Positions 28,501 through 39,238 of a stretch of DNA of 64,000 bases are shown piece after piece. The notes under the pieces are model-generated. The model saw nothing but the letters and a program-made list of their open reading frames with translations, did no database searches and was not told the origin of the DNA. The translations under genes and the position numbers were made by a program. The stretch comes from Antedon mediterranea. Taxonomy: Eukaryota > Animalia > Echinodermata. The DNA is taken from the NCBI RefSeq assembly GCF_964355755.1, contig NC_092675.1, forward strand, positions 7,807,812-7,871,811, in the 5' to 3' direction. Each line of letters begins with the position of its first letter. The stretch's first letter is position 1.

Positions 28501-31500
28501 GTAATTAAAATCAATATCGATATAGTTTCTTGATTCATTGCGTTTTCATCCGTAGCTATGCCCATGGGATTATTGTATTAGTTTTTATTACGTCATTGTG
28601 TAGTGCTAATTTACAGTTGTGTAAATCGACAGCTTTTAATACACCCCTCCTACATATTTTTGGACTAACCACATACTTTTTTTAGAGAGGTGTGATTGAT
28701 TGCGTTCAGATACATAAAACCACTGTTTTTATACTGCAGTTGGTCAATTTGTCGAAACTGAAAGAGAACTGCAACAATATGCTGCCTACACATCAATTAA
28801 TACAATTTAATTACGATCATTGATTGTTTTGTTTTACGAATATCGTTGTGTTTAAGAATCTTTTGGGACAAACATTATCTACTAAATCATTTTTAGGAGG
28901 GTTGTGGTGCCCCGTAAGACAAGGTACATGTAGCATGCACTATGCGATGTGTGTACTAAGTAACTATAGACCTAAAATTATTGTCATTTTTATGTTGCAG
29001 TCATCTATTATCTATTCCAGTTGGCGATTTTTGTCTGTAAATCCAGCTAAAGTGTGATACGCCATGTGCGCCAAACTGTTTATTTATATTTTATATTAAG
29101 TCGAATTGCCGTCAGAACCGCAGTACGCAATTAAACTACTTTACAATGAGATAATTAACGATTGTGAGAAATGCGTAAACATCATTCTTTGGTATAATAC
29201 TGACCGTGTCCAAATTTCACGGGGGATTGGAATGTGTCAAGTTGAATGGATCAATCTGGATTACGCATATGCATTCATGAAAACTATTTTTCCTCCTTAG
29301 ATAATTATTTCAATTTCCACTGCATGCTTTACCCCTGCAAAATGATTTCCTTCACGTTGGCCTAGGCCTATGAAGTACCGTTATAATTGGATCAGTCAAG
29401 GCTAGATGCCACGCGTGGTTCGCGCGTTCATGTCTTGAGAACTACCACCACCACCAGCGGTACCATCCTGTATTGTTTCTGGTTCGGTGTACTATGTGCG
29501 GGGGCGGTAAATCCAAATCGGATTCCAATCGTACGCTTCCCTTTGTGCAGTTTGAAGTGGTGTGAAACGAGAGTTTCCTGTTCGCTCTTTTGTTGACCGT
29601 ACTTGGCCTACAGAATGAACGCTAAACCCTAGAGGATATTTTTGTTTGCTTACGATGCACAAAATACTGCGTAATTTATGATAAGGACCTAATCTTATTA
29701 TACATAAACCATAGAGATATTATAGTTCACTATAATATCTCTATGCATAAACCAAGTGGGGTAAAATACGTATACTTTATATCTATAATAATTATTATCT
29801 TATTTGTATCGACCAAGTGGGGTAAAATACGCACTTATTGTGATGACGTTTCAAAACATACATTTGATAAGCTTATTGCTATATTGTTTACAAATTATCT
29901 GTTTGAACTTATAAAGATATAAATATGAGTCATTGTTTATTATTCGTAAAAACTGTTGACGTGATCGTTCGTCATGCCTGGTTTATCAGTATTATTTGTG
30001 ATTTGTAATTATTATTCATTATTGTTATTGTATTTTGATATTAGTAATCAGTTTATCAGGGAAGAACAACAGGGCGCCGATCCGCTGTGATTGGACGATG
30101 GAGGGTGTTTGGATGGATGGTGTAAAAGCAGGGTTACGTTTCCGACAGAAGGGAGTTGCTGCGGTACCTTACAGGGAGGGACAATCCCCCCTCTGAAAAT
30201 GTAGAGGCACATAGGGTATGTGTCAATGATAGGCCTACAAAGAATGCGGATTTAGAGCACGAAGGCTTGTGTTTAATTAGTTCAGGGAAGATTGCAACTA
30301 AAATGGTACGGAATGTAATTTACTGCTTCCGTTGAATTTTAACAAGACGAATGATTGTGCATTTCATCATCGTTGTGTAGGCCTAGATGCACTTTCTCGA
30401 CTCAATTTAATCAATGAACACTTCCGAAAGACGGATTATTTAATGACCTAAATAATTCAAAATATAAACACTGTCACTATCATTATGTTACGATGAAAGA
30501 CCAGGAATAATATTTTGAAATACCATACGAGGAAATAGAACGTAATAGCAAATATAGATTATTAAATAAATTGAAAGAGAGTTGGCAAAGACACGCCGAT
30601 GGTCAAATGCCGTGACCTTTCCATATCCTCTGTGTGGATATTAGTGACGTCATTAATGTCGATTCAACGAGATAATATATTACATAACCACAATACCTGT
30701 ATTGTGAAAATCCAATCGCCCAGTCTGTTCGCTATGTACCGGACGTCCCATATTACGGTACCATACTCTTCTTCACTAATTCTGGAATTTGAATTCCTAA
30801 CAATTATTTAAAAAAAATATTAACTTTTAAAGTCACGTGACATGTTCAAAGTTTACCAGTAAAGTACTAGTTGTTAGCACTTATTCTTTGATATCATATC
30901 TTACCTAAAGTAGGTCTATACATATGGCGTACTATGTGTGCCAACATGTTGATATTTCAGTTATTAATATTAAGCCGAATCGTCGCCTAGAACCTAAATT
31001 ATTGGCTGGGATTTGTATACAAAATGAGCTTGTCTTGTGTGATTTTGCACACCGTAGTTCATATTTGAATAAAGTCAAACAAAGCGCCAGAATGAAGGAA
31101 TGTAGTTTATGTTTAATTCAATTTGTCAATGGACACATTATGGTAGGCTACCGTTACTGCAGTAATGTATTACCAAAATATCACCACAAACTTTAATTCC
31201 AGGTACCGGCTCTTTTTTCGATCCACGACTGCGACGACGCGTGCGCAGCTGGTGTGTTCTTGTAGCGTACAATTTAGTCACTTTAAATTACATTGAGACA
31301 TTTCATATTAAAGAAATTGTGAATGTACCACGCGTCGCTTTACAAATGGATGGCATAATATCAACGTCGTTTATTTAAGTATTCGTGGAAAACTCGCTTC
31401 AATTTGGCGTGTGCCCTTTTAGTAATTAACGTACTGTACAATATAATACTAAACCATGTCATTTCTCTTTACTACGCTTAGGCCTATAATTATGTATTCG

Positions 31501-34500
31501 GTTCAGTAACCTTAACTATGTGATGACGTCATATACAACTCCGTATGACATTTACTTTTTCTCTTATTGCTTCTTGTACATTAAAGAAAATATCAATTGT
31601 TTATTTTCTCTATACTTTTTATCTTCATCAGGTTAATGACTTTTTAAATGGGAAACAACCCTTGACATTGGCGTTACGATGGGGTAACCACATGGTGTTT
31701 GTACAGCTTCAACTAGCCGCTAGTCCAAATGGTGGAAGGGGAAAACTTAAGTGTCCATTACATTCATCTACCAATCCAACTCCATTTGGAAGAAATACCT
31801 CAAGTCAAGCTCCAGCGGCCGTAGACGCGGTAAGTGAGCCAATGGGATTCGCATACAACTCATAACATTACATTTTATAATAGCAAAATTACGTTTCAAT
31901 TCATAGTCACAAACAGTGTGATGCCCTGGGATCTCAGTGTCTAGCCCCACTAATTTGTGACGTTTACGAAAGTAACTATTATGCGTAATATAGGCCTATA
32001 AACCATTATTGTTGCACCTGGTAGTTATATTTAAATGCCCGACAACAAAACTCTACTTTGTTCTTTTACAAACAAAACGTTGTTTCGTTCTTTTGTCGCC
32101 TGCTTCTCAGCTGACACTCTTTGCAACCCACACTTACCCTCACATTGCTCATGTTCATTGCATTCATGTAGGCCTACTTCTATCCGGACAAGGTCATTCG
32201 TCCTCTGGGGGAGATTACACAGCTATTTGTTTCAAAACATCCATACAATATATAGTCATCTTCCAGGGGGATACTGTAGTAAGAACGTGTAGGCCTACAT
32301 TTCATGATGTAGGCCTATGATTTGTGTGTTGAGAATATAAGAACTTGAAATGAGGGTCAAGCGAATCTCTGAGGAGTAAGGAGTAACCAACCACGCTTTA
32401 TCTAAATGTGAACTCGTATACGTCATTTTTCTGAAGGAGTGTATTGATTTAGCGCAATTTTACATCGTCACACGCGCAATTGTTGATTGATTTCTGGTGA
32501 TGATACAATTAGAATCAATCAATCGCCTACGACATAAGAATTCGATTTTGGGTTTAAACTGCAAGTAAGAAAAACAAGGTGAAATCGTAAATAATTATAA
32601 TGAAAGCCTATCTTGAAAACATAACGTGCTCGCCGAATGGATTGTATGTCAAACTATTCCTTAATTAATAATGTATTTCTTTTGGTATTTTTACCTCGTC
32701 ACCTATGTACAAAAATTCTTCCGTCTGACGTTAACGAAATAAACGTAATGGTTTTCGGTGGTTTCATTTCAGAGTACCTTCATAGTCTACCTATTCTTAA
32801 AAAACTTATTACAGCATATATGCCTACTTTCGTAGCCGAATTCGTTAGCCGTATTTTTGTGTTTATTATTAGGAAAATACACCACAACGAGGGTGGTTCG
32901 AATGTAAGACTATGCAAAACCGTCCCAGTACAACCGGCCATTTTGGTATAGATATACGCGTAAAATAGCAAAAATGCGCATAAGCAGACTACTAACTTTT
33001 GAAACATATTGAATTGACCTATGAATTATGTTATGATCCATATGGATTTCTGTGTAAACTTTCCTGAAACATTCTGAACTACAATTTCCGCTACTTCTTG
33101 TAAGCTGGCGTCCTTGACGTCTTCACATGCTACGTGCAGACGAGGTTTTAATCTCCTAGCTTTTGTGGGCGTTCTAGATTATCATTACATAACCTAAGAA
33201 AAATTAGTTATGCTTATTTTTTATGCCTGCAAGGACCATACCAGTGAAAATAAATTATTTAGAAACCTGTACAAGAAATATGTTTTTTTTTAAACTCATG
33301 TGCAATATGTTAATTAGCCGCCAGCGGAATTGATCAATTTAAGACAACGTTGTCGTCGCATCAAATGAAGTATCCATAGCAACACTGTGGCAATACATTA
33401 CGCTCGACCTTCTAGGCCTATCAATCATTCTTTTTACGTACGTGCGACCGCTAATAAAACTACATGTTAGTAATGAGTCCGAGTATTTTGAAGAAAACCC
33501 AGTCTGGAATGGGGTTTCCGCGATGAATAATTTCTTGTCAAAGGTCACCTTAGAATAAATATTAGGCCTACTTTGTGTGACATTTATGGGAGAATTTGGC
33601 ATTTATAATTGACATTGACACGAATGTGCAGTGCCGTGATTGAGATGGTGACAACACCTCAGTCAACGAGCGGTAATAAAATATCAAATTAATAGGAAAT
33701 TCAAGAATTATGTGCGAACACGTTGTAGAATCATGCTATTCGTTGAATCGCATGATTCTACAATGTGTTCGCACATAATTCTATCCCTCTATATAAAGAA
33801 AGTTGTCAATAATGTACGCCTGTATAGACAGTCAAGTCTAACCCTAATTTACCGTACTATATAATTGCCAGGCGCCACATACATACAGAATTTGTTACCG
33901 GACAGATAATAATGTCATATTGATATGACCTCCTGCCACTACTAGAATTGGGTGTAGAATTTATGTATAAGTTATGTGCACTGTAGGTGGGTGTGGTGAA
34001 TCTAGCGTCGTATACGTATTTCTGTCCGTGTTCGGTATACATCGCGTATGTGAACACATGCTACACAGCACGTTAGGCGTAAGGTCAGCCTGCTAAAGCG
34101 TGGTTCCCACTAGAACGCAACGCAGCGCCGTATCGACGCAAAGTGTTGTATTGCGTAATCACAAGTGGGAACCGACGACGCAATATTGCTGCAAACATCG
34201 CAGGTTTGATTTCACGCAGGAGGGGGAAAACACAATTATTAAAAGGGCATTTTCTTACATTGCGTAGATTGCGTTGCGTTGCGTAGCTAGTGGGAACTAA
34301 GCTTTGAGCACTTTAGTGATATGTGCGCTGTATAAATCTTATTATTATTATTATTAAGCTTAAGTCATGGCAAGTCATAACCAATCATAAAAACAAGTGT
34401 CTCAAATTAATTAAGATATCGACTCTAAAATGACATACAAGATTATCACTTCATTGAAATTAATATATCACCTCGACCGCGAGTTAGTGTTTATGAGCGC

Positions 34501-37500
34501 TATTGTGGTTTTAAAACCACTTGATACATTGTGTTTTGCAAAGAACACATTCATTAAGAATTGATGGGGTGACACGTCTGCCCGGTTAATTGACATCCAC
34601 CCCCTTGTCAGCAATTAACTCATACCGCAGTTGGACTGTTAAATGAGAATAATATATCAAGTGTGTACGTCTGATAATATCGTGTCATTGAATGTCTGAT
34701 ATTGAAAAAAGAATACAAAATATTGATAACTCAATCAATTATACACTGTTGTTGTTTTTTCATGTCGCTTTTTTCCAAAGGTATAGAATGTCTCCCGTTA
34801 AAATTAAACATTTGAATTACTTGCTGATGAGGCTTTAGAACATCTGTATCTAGATTTCCCCAGTATCATAGGAACATTCCGTAATACAGCATCATATGTG
34901 TTTTGCATGAATCGCCTACTTAGCACCACAATCTTTGGTATCATACCCTAACCATTTAACCTAACTTTACGTGATACATGCACCATTGTGGCGTACTATG
35001 AGATGCTGTATTTCGGGATTTTCTTATGACACTGTGGAAAATACAACACAGAATCTGGTATTTTTCGGACGAGTGTCCGTTACGTAACATTGTTAAAATG
35101 CACTTTGTTTGACTGATTTTTGTTTACTCTTTCAGCCCACTTGTCATTTACATCCCCGATCCATTCCATGTTCTCCACCGCCCAGCCCGACGTCTCCTCC
35201 TCCGACATCACCAACGGCATGTAGAGACAAGAATCAACAATCATGGCCTAGAACAGGTGCCTGTATTGATCAAGTAAATCATTATGCTCCCGGTGTGTTT
35301 TCGGGAACGTTTTCCGGTAAGAAAGATAATGAATATGTAAATGTACATTTATAAAGAATTCAATAAAATGTCCGTCATTGTCCTTTGGGGGAGGAACCGG
35401 TGTAACGCCAAATTAAGTGAAATTGCCAAATTAGGTTCGCGTGGTATGTATCACGCAAGGCTAGGTCATCTAATTTGGCGTGACACCGCCATTCTGCTTA
35501 CCTAGGTAGCCCTGTGACTACGTCAATGCCTATTTTTTTCAGGTTTCAGAATGGCATCCTGTAACTTGTATCAGTGGCCGTAATTATTTTCCTATTCAAT
35601 ACATAACTTTTATCTTCATCGATTAAAATGAAATTTCTCAAGATAGAACGTATTGACGATAGCAATCTGTCATAAAGAATATAGCCGTCTTGGATGAGAG
35701 CTTTGGGGTTTCGTTTTTAGCCTCTTTGGTCGTCTAGACAAATAATATACTAATAATGAACACTGATAGGCCTAAGTCAGAAAAGTACAAATAGCTGTTG
35801 AGACCAATGTTGTACAATCTTTACGATAACAGCATGTATGTAGTTGCGGACAGAAATAGGTGTAAAATCTACTAAATCAACCGCTAATAAAGGACCACCA
35901 GAAATACATACAAATAAATGTGTATGGCCAGCACAGTCTTGGTTTTTGGTTAGGAGGATCAAGAGATTTAGAAGCACCAGGTCCGCATCTCCAAGTTTTA
36001 TCACAATAGGCTTACACGTTTGTATAATAATGGTCATTCAATAATGTATAACATGGAAGCTTCCCCTCCTTTCCACCGGATTAGCGAAACCAACAATACA
36101 CAGACCTGTATTTTCATTTATACATTCTAATGTGAGATTTTTTTCTTCGGGTCCTATATTAATTCGCCATTAAGATTAACTGGTATTAATGCTTTTGACC
36201 AAGCCAGTTTCGTTAATACTTTAGCTTACAAAAAACCGCAGATGCTATCCGCGATAGAGAAACTATTTGGTATTTTATACGATTAACGTCGACATTATGT
36301 GAATTCTTGGATTTCACTCATTTGGTCGTTGGCATTTTGTGAATGAACGGCCTACTTTATGAAGAAGCAACCAGTTCAATTTTCAAACGTCATTTGTCGT
36401 TAAAATTAGGCTGCATTTTAAAGTCAATGGATGTTTAAAAGGCCTCGTGATATTCTCAGTTGGCATTTTAGAAATCAGCCATGTGCAATAGGCTACATGC
36501 GTGAATTAAACACGTGAGATTTATTATTCCACTTCTACTTACGTGTTTTCATTATAATCTGCAATCATTATCTTAATAATATTCTTGATGAGAATATTTT
36601 TAATAAAGAATAACTTTCACTTTTACAGTATTATTACTTGTAATTGTAACCAGATAAATTGATTTGAAATATTTCTTTGCATGAAAACAAAATGTTGCAT
36701 TTTATTACGTCATCACTGCGTTGTCATCGATACGTCCTCGCTCTGTCATTTTCCACATTCAGAGTCACGTGATAGATATTTCATTAATTCAGAAGCCACC
36801 TTTGATGAACATATTTTGATCACGTGGTCGACACAATACTTTTTTTCCAGAAATTTGACATTTAATTTTTTTTAGTGTACATTAAAATGTGCTGTATATT
36901 GTTCCAGTAGTCGTTCCAATACCTATAATACAAGTACACAGCGTACTAACCCTAGGATTAGTATAGATGAGTTTTTTTAAAGATCATTTAGCAGTTATTC
37001 AACCAATTCTGACATTTAAGGTCATCTAAAATATTAACAATTCAACAACTCCGAAGACTTTGTGGTCAATAATCCTTAATTTGGAACCATGGCAACGTAA
37101 CGTCGAAGTGCGTCAACGGATGATCACTCCAATTTTGCATACAACACAATGGTCTTCACTACGCACCGTCTAATTCTACTATCGTTTACGCTGCAGTATA
37201 TGCTGTGCAATAGTATAGCCATGTCATGTCAGTTCCCTTGAATTTTTAATAATTCCCGAAAGGACACAGCCTTAGCAACATAGTGAATGACATCATACGC
37301 GTTCAGCAACGGTTGCTAACGTATTATGGATTACTTTGTGTCATGTAGAGTGGATTGCGTTTCCTTGTCATTTTGTTAACGATTACATCCACATTATTCA
37401 TTTATAACACAAGAAAAGTTACGTTCGAAAACCTTCGCCATTCGGCATAGTAGTAGGCAAAATACATTTGAGGCGTCGAGTATGGTCGCTTACACCCCAC

Positions 37501-39238
37501 CCACCACTCTTGACCTATAAAATGAACATACGCAAAATATTGCATACACCTCGACGTGTATGACAAACCGTGGTCACTCCCCTATTCAAAAGACAATACT
37601 AAAAATAAACAATACAACTTCGATGTTATCTCCGACAACAAACAAAATATGATTTTAATTTGAATTCTAATTCGAACTTCTTGTAATGTAGATGGTGGGG
37701 ATGGTGACTTTCGGGATCGCCTGCTGTCTGTCGATATTAAATAAATTTTCCCATAACAATGCATCACTCACTCTAGACCTATATCAAAGAACTTATAACA
37801 CAAGAATCTCCTGTTCTTCAATTTGCATTCAAAACACAGTATCGGAAGTACAGGGTTAAAAGGTCAAACTGGGCGACGCCATTTCACAGCATGGAGCAGC
37901 GCCCCCTCCAAACTAGGAAGTCAATTACTCTACCCCCCTAGAGTATTAGCAGAACCCCTCTATGATTTTGACTTTCTAATTTGATGCGGGCGCCCTACTC
38001 CTCAGTCAATTACTCTATCCCCCCTAGAGCATTAGCAGATCCCCTCTATGATTTTGACTTTCTAATTTGATGCGGGCGCCCTACTCCATGGCTCACAATG
38101 GCGCCACCCATAGCTCTATTCTATCCCACAATGCCTTTCGAAATTGTTACGCGCTTCGGACGAACAGGAGATTCTTGTGTTATAAGTTCTTTGCCTATAT
38201 TAAATATTGCAATGTAAATTGATTCGTAATTGTATATATTTGATAAACCGTGTATGTGCGTGTACTTTATGTTCGTGACGCATCGTCAAATCTCTCAGTC
38301 GGGTGGGGTGCGGCTGGGGTAGTTATTTGTATGCAGTTTGGCTCATTTGATTAATTACCATTGCCGCGGTGCTTAGACCATAAAATGCAATTGATTTTTA
38401 AAGACAGTTATTTATTAATATCATTGATTTTTATTCAAAGGAAATGTTTCTGAATGAGAAGGGTGAAAAAAACATTGCCTTCCATGGATTCGAATTATTG
38501 TATGACGACATTATTTGTTACAGGCTCATTGAATACGGCTGCTGCGTGTGATGAGGGCGGCAAACAGAAACGGGATATCAACACGATTGCGTCAATTTTA
38601 AATGATCTTCTAAAAGCTGCACCAATGTATAAGCAACTGTTGGAAAGTCGACCACGTGCACCAATGGCAAACACGAACAACGCCACCGGAGGACTGCCGG
38701 ACTTCAGAAGAAGAACCAATGGTCAGTATAATAAACCTATACAATATTTTTTTTCAAAGGAGACGCCGATAGTGCCCTGAATGAAATAGAACCACTTCTA
38801 TCTATATCGGAAACAATTTAACATAGGCAACCATTTTTAAGAGAAAACGTGACATAATAATGATGTTATATTAGGCCATAAATTGCGTATTGCATTTCAA
38901 AGGTGGGCTTGACAAATTGTAAGGGTTTGCTAATACACCAATCCACCAAATAGGTTGCCTCCTCATTTTTGACAAATTGTTGCAACCATGACTTTCAAAT
39001 AATATCATCCGTAACCAGTAAAAGTGTGTGAAAATTATGTGCAAGTTATCATTTTTATATTATTACATTTTTAGATGATGCACGTCAGGAAAAACACACC
39101 AGAGACAAAATGGCGCATTTGCAGATGATGATGAAAGATCGCCAACAGCGACGACGCGCCCGTCGCGATCTACGATCTCCGTACAACACCCCTCATCGCT
39201 CAATCGAACGCTTAGAAGGGAGTAACCTCGCCGTCTGA
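16372..39238 (+). CDS. MIDN: Midnolin, complete spliced gene (7 coding exons, 1092 nt, 363 aa)
   Basis: join(16372..16574,22575..22665,23088..23144,31632..31829,35136..35316,38524..38721,39075..39238). All introns are GT-AG with matching phases (2,0,0,0,1,1). The translation has a Ubl domain ([11 protein letters not shown]...[15 protein letters not shown]...[15 protein letters not shown]), Catch1 ([39 protein letters not shown]), Catch2 ([15 protein letters not shown]...[17 protein letters not shown]) and a basic C-terminal helix ([29 protein letters not shown]). Motifs and their order match vertebrate midnolin as I recall it. Confidence 0.95.
19098..19370. mobile_element. MITE family A composite (degenerate left part plus subtype 3 from ~19165)
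   Basis: Ends CTAGTGGGAACCACGCT|TTA; interior 19165-19310 is repeated at 20604-20745. Confidence 0.7.
19594..20040 (-). mobile_element. 3' end of an L2/CR1-group LINE (ORF2 C-terminus plus tail)
   Basis: ORF 19775-20041: THNLR...[24 protein letters not shown]...KKQVKKYFL is typical of ORF2 C-termini; followed by a hairpin-containing 3'UTR, AATAAA and a (TGAAA)n tail. Confidence 0.75.
20423..21421. mobile_element. Cluster of five MITE family A copies
   Basis: 20423-20601 (subtype 1), ~20604-20758 (subtype 3), ~20760-20885 (degenerate), 20890-21076 (subtype 2, TTA/TTA TSD), 21238-21421 (subtype 2). Confidence 0.85.
22575..22665 (+). CDS. MIDN: Midnolin exon 2 (end of Ubl)
   Basis: Acceptor TCTTTCAG; (T)[30 protein letters not shown]; donor GTGAGT at 22666. 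Not in the ORF track. Confidence 0.92.
22891..23035. mobile_element. MITE family B, right end lost
   Basis: AGCTCTGTCTATACTATCAAGCTAGTTTGA start; internal 21-bp unit AAATATGGTAGTGATATACTT expanded to 3 copies. Confidence 0.8.
23088..23144 (+). CDS. MIDN: Midnolin exon 3 (start of Catch1)
   Basis: Acceptor TTTCGTAG; [19 protein letters not shown]; donor GTAAGG at 23145. Not in the ORF track. Confidence 0.92.
23167..23323. mobile_element. Palindromic MITE carrying a nested 35-bp P-type mini-element (23259-23293)
   Basis: TAGTGAGTTTTCGTTTCGGGACGATAGACAAA / TTTGTCTA[insert]CCGTCCCGAAACGGAACCTCACTA. Confidence 0.7.
24125..24171. repeat. 23-bp perfect tandem duplication
   Basis: TGAGATAGATATCAATCATTTAG x2. 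Confidence 0.9.
29710..29745. mobile_element. 36-bp P-type mini-transposon (two 17-bp TIRs, 7-bp TSD)
   Basis: CATAAAC|CATAGAGATATTATAGT-TC-ACTATAATATCTCTATG|CATAAAC. Confidence 0.75.
31632..31829 (+). CDS. MIDN: Midnolin exon 4 (Catch1 and linker)
   Basis: Acceptor CTTCATCAG; [32 protein letters not shown]...AVDA; donor GTAAGT at 31830. Confidence 0.93.
33704..33782. repeat. 79-bp near-perfect hairpin
   Basis: 38-bp arms AGAATTATGTGCGAACACGTTGTAGAATCATGC.. around a 3-nt loop; one G:T pair and one mismatch. Confidence 0.85.
34097..34303. mobile_element. MITE family A subtype 2, inverted relative to 20890/21238
   Basis: TAA|AGCGTGGTTCCCACTAG...CTAGTGGGAACTAAGCT; interior is the reverse complement of 20890-21076. 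Confidence 0.85.
34844..35051. mobile_element. Degenerate MITE with ~50-bp imperfect TIRs
   Basis: CTGTATCTAGATTTCCCCAGTATCATAGGAACATTCCGTAATACAGCATC / GATGCTGTATTTCGGGATTTTCTTATGACACTGTGGAAA; a related left arm occurs at ~6155-6210. Confidence 0.55.
35136..35316 (+). CDS. MIDN: Midnolin exon 5 (Pro/Ser linker and start of Catch2)
   Basis: Acceptor CTCTTTCAG; PTCHLHP...[14 protein letters not shown]...[20 protein letters not shown]; donor G|GTAAG at 35317. Confidence 0.93.
35398..35488. mobile_element. 91-bp MITE, unclassified
   Basis: TIR CGGTGTAACGCCAAATTA / TAATTTGGCGTGACACCG (17/18). Confidence 0.6.
37785..38193. mobile_element. P-superfamily-like MITE, 32-bp perfect TIR, 7-bp TSD
   Basis: CCTATAT|CAAAGAACTTATAACACAAGAATCTCCTGTTC...GAACAGGAGATTCTTGTGTTATAAGTTCTTTG|CCTATAT; internal ~84-bp tandem duplication (37919-38001, 38004-38087). 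Confidence 0.85.
38524..38721 (+). CDS. MIDN: Midnolin exon 6 (Catch2)
   Basis: Acceptor TTGTTACAG; (G)[37 protein letters not shown]...RRRTN; donor G|GTCAGT at 38722. Confidence 0.92.
39075..39238 (+). CDS. MIDN: Midnolin exon 7 (C-terminal helix/NLS, stop)
   Basis: Acceptor ATTTTTAG; (D)[56 protein letters not shown] (39236-39238). Not in the ORF track. Confidence 0.92.
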
